Assembly (NCBI GenBank): GCA_913043225.1
Contig: CAJWLU010000002.1
Span: forward strand, 64,001 to 128,000
Length of the DNA stretch: 64,000 bases
From: an uncultured Acidobacteriota bacterium
GTDB taxonomy: Bacteria; Acidobacteriota; Vicinamibacteria; Vicinamibacterales; UBA8438
Direction: 5' to 3'
Shown here: piece by piece, positions 29,314 to 39,608 of the stretch
Layout of the letters: every line of letters begins with the position of its first letter
Position numbering within the stretch: position 1 is the stretch's first letter
The notes under the pieces: generated by a model
What the model saw: only the letters and a program-made list of their open reading frames with translations
What the model was told of the DNA's origin: nothing
The model's database searches: none
Made by a program: the position numbers and the translations under genes

Positions 29314-29341
29314 GCTACCAGCATTAGAATCGGTTAGACCG

Positions 29342-30238
29342 ATGTCGTCTTCCGCCTTGCCGACAGATCCAGCGCTCGTCTCGGCCTACGCCGCCTGTGC
29401 CAGACTCGCTCGCACCCACTACGAGAATTTCCCTGTGGCGTCGTGGGCGCTGCCGGCGCCGATGCGGCCACACATTGCCGCGATCTATGCCTTTGCTAGG
29501 ACCGCCGACGACTTTGCCGACGAGGGAACGCTACCGTCCGAGGAGCGGCTGCGGCGGCTCGACGACTGGGGCGTCCGTTTGCACGAGTGCCTCGAGGGGC
29601 CACCTGGCGCGGTTGACGATCCACATGCCGCCACCTTCCTCGCTCTCTCACACACGATTCGGATGTGTCGTCTTCCGGTGACGCTGTTCGAGGATCTGCT
29701 GAGCGCGTTCCGGCAGGACGTGAGCACCCACCGCTATGAGACATGGCATCAGCTCCTCGATTATTGCCGCCGGTCGGCTAATCCGGTTGGCCGGTTGGTG
29801 CTTCGGGTGGCAGGGCATGATGACGAGCGGCTCGATCTGGCGTCAGACGCGCTCTGCACGGCGCTCCAGCTGACCAACTTCTGGCAGGATCTGGCACGCG
29901 ATTATGCTGCGGGCCGGATCTACGTGCCGGCCGAAGATCGAGACGCCTGCGGCGCGCTGGAGTCGGACCTCGAGTCGAAATGCTTCACGCCTGCCTGGCT
30001 TGAGGCCCTGGAGCGCGTGGGCAACAGGACCCGGGAGCTGTTTGAGGAAGGGCGGTCGGTGTGTGACGGCGTCAGGGGCCGCCTCGCATTGGAGCTGCGG
30101 TTGACGTGGCTGGGCGGTCTGCGGATTCTCGACCGGTTGGAGCGAGCAGGCTGGGACGTCTATGCCCGGCGACCGACCCTGGGCGCGTCAGATGCCCCGC
30201 TGCTGCTGTGGCGTACGTTGGTCTGGAGGCGCGGTTAG
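29342..30238 (+). CDS. hpnC: Hydroxysqualene synthase
   Basis: HYENFPVAS, ADDFADEG, YCRRSANPVGRL, LQLTNFWQD. Confidence 0.9.
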   Translation: MSSSALPTDPALVSAYAACARLARTHYENFPVASWALPAPMRPHIAAIYAFARTADDFADEGTLPSEERLRRLDDWGVRLHECLEGPPGAVDDPHAATFLALSHTIRMCRLPVTLFEDLLSAFRQDVSTHRYETWHQLLDYCRRSANPVGRLVLRVAGHDDERLDLASDALCTALQLTNFWQDLARDYAAGRIYVPAEDRDACGALESDLESKCFTPAWLEALERVGNRTRELFEEGRSVCDGVRGRLALELRLTWLGGLRILDRLERAGWDVYARRPTLGASDAPLLLWRTLVWRRG

Positions 30239-30254
30239 GGACGGAGCTCTTCGA

Positions 30255-31076
30255 GTGGCCCGAGACACGAACTTCTACTACTCGTTTCTGGTGCTGCCGG
30301 CTGACCAGCGCCGCGCCATCGTCGCGGTGTGGGATTTCTGTCGTGCCGTTGACGATGCCGTGGACGAGCCTTCGCATGGCCGAGAGGGCGAGTCGCCGGA
30401 AACGGCTCTGGCCAGTTGGCGAGCCGAGCTCGACGCCTGTTACGGGTTGGCGGTGCCGACCACGCCCCAGGGACAGGGTCTGAAGCCGTTCATTGCACGG
30501 TTCGATCTTCCTCGACAGCCGTTCGATGACCTGATTGACGGCGTGGCGATGGACACCGAGATCAGGCGCTACCAGACGTTCGACGATCTCTACGAGTACT
30601 GCATCCGGGTGGCATCGGCGGTCGGGCTGTTGTGCATCCAGATCTTCGGCTACCGGGATCCTGGCGCTCGCGACTACGCGGTGGCGCTCGGCGTGGCTTT
30701 GCAACTCACCAACATCATCCGAGACCTGCCGGGCGACCTTCGGGTAGGACGGCTGTACCTACCCCTGGAGGATCTGGAGCGATTCGGCTGTACCGAGGAC
30801 GACCTGCGAGAGGGTTTATCCGATCCAGTACGGGCTCTCCTCGCGCACGAGTGTCAGCGTGCTAGGAGCTTCTATGAGCGGGCCCGTCTGGTCCTGCCAG
30901 CCTCCGAGCGCCGGCGTCTGGTCGCGGCCGAGATCATGGGGGCAATTTACTTCGACATCTTCACCCGAATCGAGGGCCGCGGGCACGACGTGTTCTCGGA
31001 AGTGGTCCGCGTGCCCCGACTACGCCGGGCCTGGATTGCGGGCTCGGTCTGGGCGAGGACCGTGGTCGGACTGTGA
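30255..31076 (+). CDS. hpnD: Presqualene diphosphate synthase
   Basis: TNFYYSF, DDAVD, YC.RVASAVG, LQLTNIIRD; probable GTG start 30255. Confidence 0.88.
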   Translation: MARDTNFYYSFLVLPADQRRAIVAVWDFCRAVDDAVDEPSHGREGESPETALASWRAELDACYGLAVPTTPQGQGLKPFIARFDLPRQPFDDLIDGVAMDTEIRRYQTFDDLYEYCIRVASAVGLLCIQIFGYRDPGARDYAVALGVALQLTNIIRDLPGDLRVGRLYLPLEDLERFGCTEDDLREGLSDPVRALLAHECQRARSFYERARLVLPASERRRLVAAEIMGAIYFDIFTRIEGRGHDVFSEVVRVPRLRRAWIAGSVWARTVVGL

Positions 31077-32440
31077 CGTCCGAGCGATTCGACGCCGTTG
31101 TGCTCGGAGCCGGTTTTGCCGGTCTCAGTGCGGCAGCGGTTCTGGCCGACAGGGGATGCCGAGTGCTGGTGCTCGAGGCCTCTTCCCGCCTTGGGGGGCG
31201 GGCGGCCTCGTTCCGTGACGGCGCCACCGGAGAGCAGGTCGACAATGGCCAGCACGTCCTGTTCGGGTGCTATCACGAGACCCGGCGATTCCTTGATCGT
31301 ATTGGCGCGGCGGGTGGTCTTCGCGTGGCAGCCGACCTCGATGTAGTCTCGGTGACTCCAGAGGGGGAGTCCACGCGTTTCATCTGCCCATCGCTGCCGC
31401 CACCCTTCAACCTTCTAGCTGGCGTCCTCGAGTGGCGGGCCCTTGCGTGGCGCGATCGCCTTGCTGTGCTACGTCTGGCCGGCCCGCTCAGATTGGCCCG
31501 TCGGGAACTGCTCGGTGGCGACGTCTGCGCCACGTCGGCCGGTGAAACCGTGACCGGTTGGCTGACTCGGCACGGCCAGACGGCTCGGATCAGGGAACTG
31601 CTCTGGGACCCGCTGGCCTTGGCCGCTCTCAACCAAAGTCCGGACGTCGCAGCTGCCCCGACCTTCGTGCGGGCCCTGGCGATGATGACCGGATCCTCTT
31701 GTTCGGACGCCGCGGTGGCGCTGCCGCTCCTGCCGCTGAGAGATTTGTACGCGGAGCCGGCGCGGCGCTTCATCGAGGCCCGCGGTGGCGAAGTTCGTCT
31801 GACGACTGCCGGTCGTCTTCGGCTGGACCAGGGCCGGGTCGTTGGCGTCGACGCCGGTGCGGTTCGGGTGGAGACCGCGGTCGCTATTTCGGCCGTGCCG
31901 TGGTTCGCGCTGGCCGGTTTGTTCGGCGACAGGCCTCCAGAGGAGATGGGGATGACGTGCCAGAATGCTGGGCAGATGGAGTCGTCTCCGATCGTCACCG
32001 TGAACCTCTGGCTGGATCGACCGGTACTCGACCGTTCGTTCGTCGGTCTGCCTGGACGGTCGATGCAGTGGGTGTTCGACAAGGGGCAGATCTTCGGCGG
32101 GACAGCCTCGTACCTCTCACTCGTGTCGAGTGGTGCATCGGATTTGACGAGCGCGTCGACCGATACGCTCATTGCGCTGGCGACCGACGAGATTAGGTCG
32201 GCGTTTCCGGCGGGGGTGGAAGCCGTGATCACCCGCGCCACGGTCGTGCGGGAGCCGCGCGCCACCTTCTCGTTGGCGCCGGGTCAGCCCTCGCGCCCCG
32301 GAACCGAGACGCCTCTCGACGGGCTCTTCCTGGCGGGTGATTGGACCGACACCGGCCTCCCGGCTACGATCGAGGGAGCGGTTCAGAGTGGCCACCTGGC
32401 AGCAGTTGCCACCCTGGCATATCTGCACGTTGCCGGTTGA
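31073..32440 (+). CDS. hpnE: Hydroxysqualene dehydroxylase
   Basis: GAGFAG, GGRAASF, DNGQH, LAGDWT.TGLPATIEGAV.SG. Confidence 0.9.
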   Translation: MTSERFDAVVLGAGFAGLSAAAVLADRGCRVLVLEASSRLGGRAASFRDGATGEQVDNGQHVLFGCYHETRRFLDRIGAAGGLRVAADLDVVSVTPEGESTRFICPSLPPPFNLLAGVLEWRALAWRDRLAVLRLAGPLRLARRELLGGDVCATSAGETVTGWLTRHGQTARIRELLWDPLALAALNQSPDVAAAPTFVRALAMMTGSSCSDAAVALPLLPLRDLYAEPARRFIEARGGEVRLTTAGRLRLDQGRVVGVDAGAVRVETAVAISAVPWFALAGLFGDRPPEEMGMTCQNAGQMESSPIVTVNLWLDRPVLDRSFVGLPGRSMQWVFDKGQIFGGTASYLSLVSSGASDLTSASTDTLIALATDEIRSAFPAGVEAVITRATVVREPRATFSLAPGQPSRPGTETPLDGLFLAGDWTDTGLPATIEGAVQSGHLAAVATLAYLHVAG

Positions 32441-32461
32441 CAGACGACCCGACACTCGACC

Positions 32462-33661
32462 ATGGCATCGGTACTGGTCCACTATCAGGAGATCGCGCTC
32501 AAGGGGAAGAATCGCCCCTGGTTTGTCGAGCGGCTCGTCAGCAATATCAGGGCTGCCACTGCAGACCTAGCGCAGGTCAAGGTGCGTGCCCTCATGGGTC
32601 GGATCGAGCTGCGGCACCCCGATGACGACGCGATCTGGGACGAGCTGAAGCGTCGCCTTGCACGAGTGCCTGGCATTGCCAACTACTCCCGAGCGATCCG
32701 GACGCCTCGGGATCTGGACGCCATTGCCGAGACCGCGTTGGCGGAGCTGGCCGATGTAGAGGCAAGCAGCTTCCGCGTTAAGGCCCAGCGTGCCGACAAA
32801 CGCTTTCCGTTGACGTCGCCAGAGATCGAACGCCAGCTGGGCGGGCGTCTCAAGGCGGCGCGCAACTGGACCGTCAGTTTGACGGCGCCCGGGTTGACCG
32901 TGTGGGTCGAGATTCTGAACGACGAGGCCTTCTGCTATCTCCGGAAGGAGCCGGGCGCCGGCGGCCTACCCAGTGGGGTGAGCGGTCGGGTGGCCTGTCT
33001 CCTGTCGGGCGGGATCGATTCACCTGTGGCGGCATATCGGTTGATCAAGCGAGGCTGCCGGGTCCGCCTCGTACATTTCCACAGTTACCCGATTCTCTCG
33101 AATACGTCACAGGAGAAGGCGGTCGAACTCGCCGAGTTGCTGACTCGCTATCAGCTCGACAGCCGGCTATATCTGGTCGCCTTCGGCGAGATCCAGCGAC
33201 GAGTGGTGCTGGCGATCGCGCCACCGCTCCGGGTGGTCGTTTACCGCCGGCTGATGCTCAGAATTGCGGAGCGGATCGCGCGTCTGAGCGGGGCCGGGGC
33301 GCTGGTCACGGGCGAGGCGGTCGGACAGGTCGCCTCGCAAACGCTCGACAATATGGCAGTCATAGATGCGGTGGCCTCAATGCCCGTGTTTCGTCCGCTC
33401 GTCGGGATGGACAAGGAAGAGATTGTGAACGAAGCGAAGCACCTCGGGAGCTATGACGTCTCGATCATTCCAGACGAGGACTGCTGCACCCTGTTTGCGC
33501 CGAAACACCCGGCCACCCGCACTACTGAGAGGCAGCTGGAGGAGGCCGAGTCGGCCCTCGACATGGACGCGCTCGTCGACGAGGCCGTCGCCACTGCTGA
33601 AAGGCGGGATTTCAAGTTTCCTACCCCTGCGCTCACCGACACGCCGGTGCAAGCGGACTGA
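32462..33661 (+). CDS. thiI: tRNA 4-thiouridine(8) synthase (THUMP + PP-loop, no rhodanese domain)
   Basis: Y.EIALKGKNR, LSGGIDSPVA, GQVASQTL, DCC. Confidence 0.92.
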   Translation: MASVLVHYQEIALKGKNRPWFVERLVSNIRAATADLAQVKVRALMGRIELRHPDDDAIWDELKRRLARVPGIANYSRAIRTPRDLDAIAETALAELADVEASSFRVKAQRADKRFPLTSPEIERQLGGRLKAARNWTVSLTAPGLTVWVEILNDEAFCYLRKEPGAGGLPSGVSGRVACLLSGGIDSPVAAYRLIKRGCRVRLVHFHSYPILSNTSQEKAVELAELLTRYQLDSRLYLVAFGEIQRRVVLAIAPPLRVVVYRRLMLRIAERIARLSGAGALVTGEAVGQVASQTLDNMAVIDAVASMPVFRPLVGMDKEEIVNEAKHLGSYDVSIIPDEDCCTLFAPKHPATRTTERQLEEAESALDMDALVDEAVATAERRDFKFPTPALTDTPVQAD

Positions 33662-33677
33662 GCATCCAGGGTGCCTG

Positions 33678-34211
33678 TTACTTGCAGTGGGGGTGGAGCA
33701 CCCCGGCGTAATAGTCCCGGAGCGCTTCGTGGGTGCTCTGGAACGCCAGGTCCTGCCAGGGCACTTGGTCGGCGCTGAAGGTACCAATCTCGATGCTCTC
33801 TTCGTCGTGATCGAGCTCGCCGCCCACTGCCGTCGCAGCGTAGACGATGATAACCGGCGGCCGCCGCGGGTAGGAGTAGATACTGATCAGGCCGTCGAGA
33901 CGGATTTCGAGTCCGGCTTCCTCGCGGGCTTCTCGAAGCGCGGCGTCGGTGACGACCTCGCCTCGGTCGACATAGCCACCCGGAAATACCCACAAGCCGT
34001 ACCCGGGCTCGATCGCGCGTCGCACAAGCACGATCTTGTTGTTTGGCATTGAGATGATCGTGCCGACCGCAACCTTTGGATCGAAGTACACGACATAGCC
34101 GCAGGCGGTGCAGACCAATCGCGCCGGGTCGCCCTTTTTGAGCAGGCGCGACTCGAGCATTTCGCTACAGAGCGGGCAAAAGCGGTATGGGCCTTGCCGT
34201 TCCACATGCAT
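33678..34211 (-). CDS. NUDIX hydrolase with N-terminal zinc ribbon
   Basis: FCPLC...CTACG; PGGYVDRGE....ALREAREEAG. Confidence 0.85.
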   Translation of the reverse strand: MHVERQGPYRFCPLCSEMLESRLLKKGDPARLVCTACGYVVYFDPKVAVGTIISMPNNKIVLVRRAIEPGYGLWVFPGGYVDRGEVVTDAALREAREEAGLEIRLDGLISIYSYPRRPPVIIVYAATAVGGELDHDEESIEIGTFSADQVPWQDLAFQSTHEALRDYYAGVLHPHCK

Positions 34212-34237
34212 ACGGTTGTCTTGGCCGTCGCGCGCGG

Positions 34238-35026
34238 CTAGATCCAGCCCTTGGCCCAGTAGTAGCCGAGCCCGATGTAGTCGTAGATCGCTTGTTGGCT
34301 GATCCGGAGGTGTCGGAGTTGAGGCCCCCACTCCCGCGTGTCCCGACTCGACCGCATCGTGCCGGGGGACGGGATAGGATCGAGCCCCTGCGTCCTGAAG
34401 GTCATGGTTGCGCGGCGGATATGCGTGGGGGAGGTCACCAGCAGGAACCGCCGGACCCCGTGCTTGCGGAGCAGGGGAGCGAGTCTGACCGCGTGCTGAT
34501 AGGTGTTCCCGGAACGGGCTTCGACGATGATCTGATCGCGAGGGACACCCAGTGCGGCAAGCTCTTGGCTGAGCAGCGCCGCAAGCGACTGGGCCTTGGA
34601 CCCGTAATTGCTCGGTCCGCCAGAGGTGAACACGAGCGCCTGTGGGATGAGCGCGTGCAATCGAGCCGCCTCGAACACGCGGAGCGCGCCGACCCCGCTG
34701 ATCTGCTCGATTTCGTGGCCGTGAGCCGCCACCGTGTTACTGTCGGCCGCGAGTACGACGATGGCGGTGGCGCCGTCGGTGTCTTGCAGGCTTTCGATTG
34801 GGGCGAACTCGCGCGAGAGGCCCCACACCAGCAGGTCAGCGCCCTGGGGGGTGCTGATGCCCAGGTAGGTTACAACGAGCGCCGTCAGCCAGACCTTGCC
34901 CAACCTGGTCAGGCGCTCCCTCCCCCATAGCATGGCCACGCCGACAGCGAGACCAACGAACAGGAACTCGATCGAGCCAGGAAAGAACCAGCGTCTGAAG
35001 AAATCACTCAGAGCGGACAATGACAT
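34238..35026 (-). CDS. YdcF/ElyC (DUF218) family membrane protein
   Basis: TSGG, E.RS.NT, LVTSPTHIRRA. Confidence 0.8.
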   Translation of the reverse strand: MSLSALSDFFRRWFFPGSIEFLFVGLAVGVAMLWGRERLTRLGKVWLTALVVTYLGISTPQGADLLVWGLSREFAPIESLQDTDGATAIVVLAADSNTVAAHGHEIEQISGVGALRVFEAARLHALIPQALVFTSGGPSNYGSKAQSLAALLSQELAALGVPRDQIIVEARSGNTYQHAVRLAPLLRKHGVRRFLLVTSPTHIRRATMTFRTQGLDPIPSPGTMRSSRDTREWGPQLRHLRISQQAIYDYIGLGYYWAKGWI

Positions 35027-35104
35027 CCTGCCGTCGCCATTCTCCCCCGAGGCGAAGCTGTGAGTCGAGCCGGGCTCGTAAGCCGGACGGTATAATTCGT
35101 GGCC

Positions 35105-35629
35105 ATGTCGATCCTCAAGGTGGCCCGGATGGGTCACCCAGTGCTCCGTGAGCAAGCTCGGCCTCTCGAGTTATCCGAGATCTCCACACCCCGAATCCAG
35201 CGATTGATCGACGACATGTTCGAGACGATGCACGACAGTCAGGGCATAGGGCTGGCAGGGCCGCAGGTGCACGAGAGCATCCGAGTGTTCGTGGCCGGAG
35301 TGGACGACGAGGATGCGGGCATGCCTCCGGTGGTGATGATCAACCCCGAGATCACACCGATCGGCTCTGAGGTCGTAGAGGACTGGGAGGGATGCCTTAG
35401 TATCCCAGACATTCGAGGTAGAGTGCCTCGGGCCCTGGAAATCCGCATCGGGGCACTGGACCGTCACGGTAATCCGATCGCGATGACTGTATCCGGCTAT
35501 CCGGCCCGGGTCGTCCAGCACGAGACTGACCATCTCGACGGAGTCCTGTTTTTCGATCGGATGACGTCGTTCGACAGCCTCACCTTCCTTGAGGAGTACT
35601 CCCGCTACTGGACCGGCAAGGAGACGTAG
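35105..35629 (+). CDS. def: Peptide deformylase
   Basis: GIGLAGPQ, EGCLS, QHETDHLDG. Confidence 0.95.
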   Translation: MSILKVARMGHPVLREQARPLELSEISTPRIQRLIDDMFETMHDSQGIGLAGPQVHESIRVFVAGVDDEDAGMPPVVMINPEITPIGSEVVEDWEGCLSIPDIRGRVPRALEIRIGALDRHGNPIAMTVSGYPARVVQHETDHLDGVLFFDRMTSFDSLTFLEEYSRYWTGKET

Positions 35630-35649
35630 GCGGCGCGGGGTTCTCGGAT

Positions 35650-35813
35650 CGTGGCGACGTATCGAAGACGCCTGGATCTATTTCGATGAGGAGGGAGCTC
35701 TCATTCGAGCTAGGTATTCCACCGGTCGCGATGGCGTGATCGATCGGATCGAACGTTTCCGCGACGGACAGGTCGTCGAGGTCGAGACGCCAGGGGCTGC
35801 TTCCATCCGGTAG
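35650..35813 (+). pseudogene. C-terminal fragment of a D-G-x-x-D-W repeat protein, related to 42080-42660
   Basis: EDAWIYFDEEGALIRARYSTGRDGVIDRIERF resembles DAWAYEDGDGAVARIEISILHNGQVDRWEHY; no own start. Confidence 0.5.
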
Positions 35814-35814
35814 C

Positions 35815-37419
35815 TCAGTCGGGGGCCGCAGCCTGGCGGCGCCGCTCGTTTGCTCGCTCCGCTCCCAATCGTTCCAGCTCGACCGAGGTGTGGTCGGCGT
35901 ATGACATCGCCTCGGCGAGGGCTCGGTGGCCCGCCTGCTCGGCGATCAGGGTGTGCATCCGCTGGCACACCCGCCGGTAGGCGGGATGGCCCTGCGGCGC
36001 CGTTCGCAGTTCGATCACGTGCATCGCCTCACGGGCGTTCATCTGCATCCGGTAACGCAGTCGATACGCCATCGGCACGCAGTACTGGGCGGTCGTCGGC
36101 ATCTCGGCGCTCCACTTGTCGTAGAGCGCGCGGGTCCGATCCATGACCCGCTGCCAGTCGTCGGCCGCGCCGATCTCCTCGATGGCCGCCGGCTCGGTGT
36201 ACCCGTGGTCGGTCGAGAGACGCTGCCACTCGATGGTGAGCAGGCGGTGACGCTGCAGGTCACGGAATGCGCCGTAGTCGGACAGTAGGTCGAAGCAATA
36301 GTCGGTGCGTTCGAACGCTCGGCCCGGTCGGTGGCGCCGGTTGGCGCGGTTGCCGACATAGGCCTTGAGCAGGGCGACCCGGTCATCGACGTTCATTCCC
36401 CGGGCCACCGATATCAGCTGTTCCTCGGGGAGCCGAGACGACTGGTAGAGGATGGCCGCCACGACCTTCACTTCGCCTTCGGGGTCGAAGTCGGCCAGCG
36501 TGACTTCCTCGCGGGGCTCGGGTTCGAGCCCCGCCAAAATACGGCTGGTCTCGGCCTCACTGTTGCGGCGGGTCGCTGCCAGATACTCGCTCCAGCGCAC
36601 TCCACGATCCCGCCGGTCGACGCGGGTCAGGAAAGCGGGGATCAGCTTTCGGAGCTCGGTCAGGATCTGACCGGCGCACTCACGGCTTTCGGCGAGCGGG
36701 TGTGCACGCAACCTAAGCAGAAGCGCTTCGAACGCCTGCCCCGACCCGAAGATGCCGACGTTCGAACGGGTAGCTGCCGGAAGCAATCCGCGCAGTGTAT
36801 CCAGCGCCTTGGCCCGGATGGCGGCGCGATAGACTGCCTCGGAGTCCCCATCCGTGCGGGGGTGTTTCCTGCGGTAGTGTTCCTGAGCCTGTTCGAACCA
36901 CTGAGCATAGGTGGCGAAAGCGTCGTCCAGCGTCTCTCGATAGCGCACCTGCAGCGGGTGGCCTTCGAGTTCCGTAGGCACGATGTATTTCCACCGTCCG
37001 CCCGGGCGGTCGGTGTAGGGGACGTATCGCGTGGACTGCTCGAGGTAGGCCATGAGACGGCCACGCTCGAGCACCTTCGTCAAGATGTTTGATACTCCTT
37101 CACAGGCGATGTGCGCGCCTCCCAGCTGAGCGACCGAGTCGTCGCCGTAGTCACCGAAGACCCGTTCATACAGTCGTTCGGCACGTTCGACGCCTACCGT
37201 CTCACTGGCGCCGGACGCTACCGCCTCGTGAAATTCGTCCAGAAACAGACGCCGGACCGACTTAGCAGAACGGGAATAGCGCGCGAACAGCGCGCCCTTC
37301 ACGACCTCGGGCAGATTGCGCAACGCGAAGACCGGTCGGTCGACGTTGGTGAAGTACGGAGCGAGGGCGCGACGTTCGTTCGCGGTAAAGTCTTCGACGG
37401 GAGAAAGAGAATCTAGCAC
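35815..37419 (-). CDS. thyX: FAD-dependent thymidylate synthase, long two-domain form
   Basis: ALFARYSR, YGDDSVAQL, LEQSTRY, FRDLQRHR, NAREAMHVIELR; start uncertain. Confidence 0.85.
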   Translation of the reverse strand: MLDSLSPVEDFTANERRALAPYFTNVDRPVFALRNLPEVVKGALFARYSRSAKSVRRLFLDEFHEAVASGASETVGVERAERLYERVFGDYGDDSVAQLGGAHIACEGVSNILTKVLERGRLMAYLEQSTRYVPYTDRPGGRWKYIVPTELEGHPLQVRYRETLDDAFATYAQWFEQAQEHYRRKHPRTDGDSEAVYRAAIRAKALDTLRGLLPAATRSNVGIFGSGQAFEALLLRLRAHPLAESRECAGQILTELRKLIPAFLTRVDRRDRGVRWSEYLAATRRNSEAETSRILAGLEPEPREEVTLADFDPEGEVKVVAAILYQSSRLPEEQLISVARGMNVDDRVALLKAYVGNRANRRHRPGRAFERTDYCFDLLSDYGAFRDLQRHRLLTIEWQRLSTDHGYTEPAAIEEIGAADDWQRVMDRTRALYDKWSAEMPTTAQYCVPMAYRLRYRMQMNAREAMHVIELRTAPQGHPAYRRVCQRMHTLIAEQAGHRALAEAMSYADHTSVELERLGAERANERRRQAAAPD

Positions 37420-37473
37420 GCGTATAATTGTCGTCCGTTTTCCGCGTTCCCGTAACCGCGTTTTACCCAACCC

Positions 37474-38268
37474 GTGGATGTTACGCTGTTGCCCGGTTTC
37501 AACCCCGGGCCCTTCACCGGCGCCGGCAACAACACCTACCTGCTGACCGGAAGTCACCCGACGCTCATCGACGCTGGGACGGGTGAGTCCCGTCATCTCG
37601 TGGCGCTTGATGAAGCACTAGCCGGGGCTCGACTGGAGCAAGTGCTGGTCACACACGCTCATTCCGATCACGCCAAAGGTAGCTTAGCAGTGGCGGCGCA
37701 GTCGCCCGGTGTCGTCTTCAGGAAGGTCCCGTGGCCGGAGTTGGACGGACGCTACGGGGTGAGCTGGCAACCGATCGCCGACGGCGACGAGATAGAGGCT
37801 GGGGACGGGCGGCTGCGCGTCCTCCACACTCCTGGGCACGCACCAGACCACGTGTGTCTCTATGATGAGCCCACGGGTACATTGTTCGTGGCTGATCTGG
37901 TGGTGCTCGGCAGTTCGGTCGTGATCCCGGCCAGTCGTGGAGGCAGCCTGACCGATTATCTGCGTTCGCTCCGTCGCATCCTGGAGCTGGCGCCGGCTAG
38001 GATGCTGCCCGCCCACGGTGAGCCGATCGACGATCCGCGAGCCGTCCTGCTCGAGTATCTGGAGCATCGGCAGCGCCGCGAAGAGCAGGTGCTCACCGCT
38101 CTCGAGGCGGGGGCCAGGACCGCGGACACGATCGTGACCCGGATCTACCCCCAACTGGCCACTTCGCTGTTGGATGCGGCGCGGGAGAATGTGCTGGCTC
38201 ACCTGTGCAAGCTCCGGGACGATGGGCGCGTTACCTCGGACAAGGAGGCATGGGAGCTGGTGCGGTGA
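37474..38268 (+). CDS. MBL-fold metallohydrolase (LACTB2-like, C-terminal winged helix)
   Basis: NPGPFTGAGNNTY, THAHSDH, TPGHAPDH, PAHG. Confidence 0.88.
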   Translation: MDVTLLPGFNPGPFTGAGNNTYLLTGSHPTLIDAGTGESRHLVALDEALAGARLEQVLVTHAHSDHAKGSLAVAAQSPGVVFRKVPWPELDGRYGVSWQPIADGDEIEAGDGRLRVLHTPGHAPDHVCLYDEPTGTLFVADLVVLGSSVVIPASRGGSLTDYLRSLRRILELAPARMLPAHGEPIDDPRAVLLEYLEHRQRREEQVLTALEAGARTADTIVTRIYPQLATSLLDAARENVLAHLCKLRDDGRVTSDKEAWELVR

Positions 38269-39599
38269 TGGTGGCCTTCCTGGAGCAGCGGTTCCAGCTC
38301 GAGGCTAATGGCACCAGCGTCAGCACCGAAGTTCTCGCCGGTTGCACGACCTTTCTCACACTCGCCTACATCCTCTTCGTGCAGCCGGCGCTGCTCAGTT
38401 CGCTCGGTCTCGATTTCGGGGCCGTTTTCGTCGCCACGTGCCTGGCCTCCGCCTTGGCCACCCTGCTGATGGCCGGACTGGCCAACTACCCGATCGCGGT
38501 GGCGCCCGCGATGGGGCACAACTTCTACTTCGCCTTCACCGTTGTTGGCGCTATGGCGGTGCCTTGGGAGGTGGCCCTCGGTGGGGTCGCGATCGCGGGC
38601 GCGTTATTTGTGGTCACGGCCGGGTTCGGGCTGCGCGAGCTCCTCATCACGGCGATCCCCATGTCCTTGAAGTACGCCATCGCCACAGGCATCGGTCTAC
38701 TGATCGCCATGATCGGGTTTCAGTGGGCCGGCATCATCGTGGCCTCACCCGGGACCCTGGTCGCGCTCGGCAACCTCCGGACGTTGCCGGTGTTGGTGTC
38801 ACTGGCGGGACTGGTGGTGATGGCCGGGCTCTGGGTACGTGGGGTGCGGGGGGCGATCCTCATCGGTATCCTCGCCGCCACCGGTGTCGCCTGGTTTGGT
38901 GGGCTCATCGAGCCGCAGGGTGTCGCCAGCTTGCCGCCGTCGTTGCTGCCGACTTTGGGACAGCTCGACGTGCTCGGCGCTCTCCGTCCGGAGATGGCGG
39001 GCGTCATCTTCGTGTTCTTTTTCCTTGCCCTGTTCGATTCGGTCGGCACGCTGGTTGCCGTGGGGGAGCAGGCGGGGCTGATGCGTGACGGCAAGCTGCC
39101 TCGGGCTCGTGGTGCGCTCCTCGCCGACGCGATCGGCACGGTGGTAGGGGCGGGGTTGGGTACGTCGACCGTAACTGCCTATGTCGAGAGCGCGACCGGC
39201 GTGGCCGCGGGTGGGCGCACCGGTCTGACGGCGGTGGTCATCGCCGCGCTGTTTCTGCTCTCTCTTTTCTTCTCGCCGCTCGTGAGCATGATCGGCGGCG
39301 GTTACGACGCCGGCGGCGGGGTGACTCTCTACCCGGTGGTGGCGCCTGCCCTGATCCTGGTGGGGACGATGATGGTACGCGGTGTGCGTCGGATCGACTG
39401 GGACGATCCGACCGAGGCGCTGCCGGCGTTCCTGACTATCATGGTGATGCCGCTGACCATCAGCATCACCGACGGGGTCGCATTCGGTTTCGTGGCTTGG
39501 GTGAGCCTGAAGCTGGCGTGCGGACGGGCCAGTGAGGTGCACTGGCTCCTCTATCTCTTCGCCGTCCTGTTTCTCTTCAGATACGCCGCTCTTGCCTAG
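38268..39599 (+). CDS. NCS2/AzgA-like purine permease
   Basis: EVLAG.TTFLT, APAMG.N.YF, FDSVGTL, YVES..G...GGRTGLT. Confidence 0.9.
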   Translation: MVAFLEQRFQLEANGTSVSTEVLAGCTTFLTLAYILFVQPALLSSLGLDFGAVFVATCLASALATLLMAGLANYPIAVAPAMGHNFYFAFTVVGAMAVPWEVALGGVAIAGALFVVTAGFGLRELLITAIPMSLKYAIATGIGLLIAMIGFQWAGIIVASPGTLVALGNLRTLPVLVSLAGLVVMAGLWVRGVRGAILIGILAATGVAWFGGLIEPQGVASLPPSLLPTLGQLDVLGALRPEMAGVIFVFFFLALFDSVGTLVAVGEQAGLMRDGKLPRARGALLADAIGTVVGAGLGTSTVTAYVESATGVAAGGRTGLTAVVIAALFLLSLFFSPLVSMIGGGYDAGGGVTLYPVVAPALILVGTMMVRGVRRIDWDDPTEALPAFLTIMVMPLTISITDGVAFGFVAWVSLKLACGRASEVHWLLYLFAVLFLFRYAALA

Positions 39600-39608
39600 C
39601 CAGGCGGT

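Noticed and set aside
29342..33661. hpnCDE next to thiI as a novel system
   Set aside because: hpnCDE is the well-known squalene pathway; no evidence of a functional link to thiI, and shc may simply lie elsewhere
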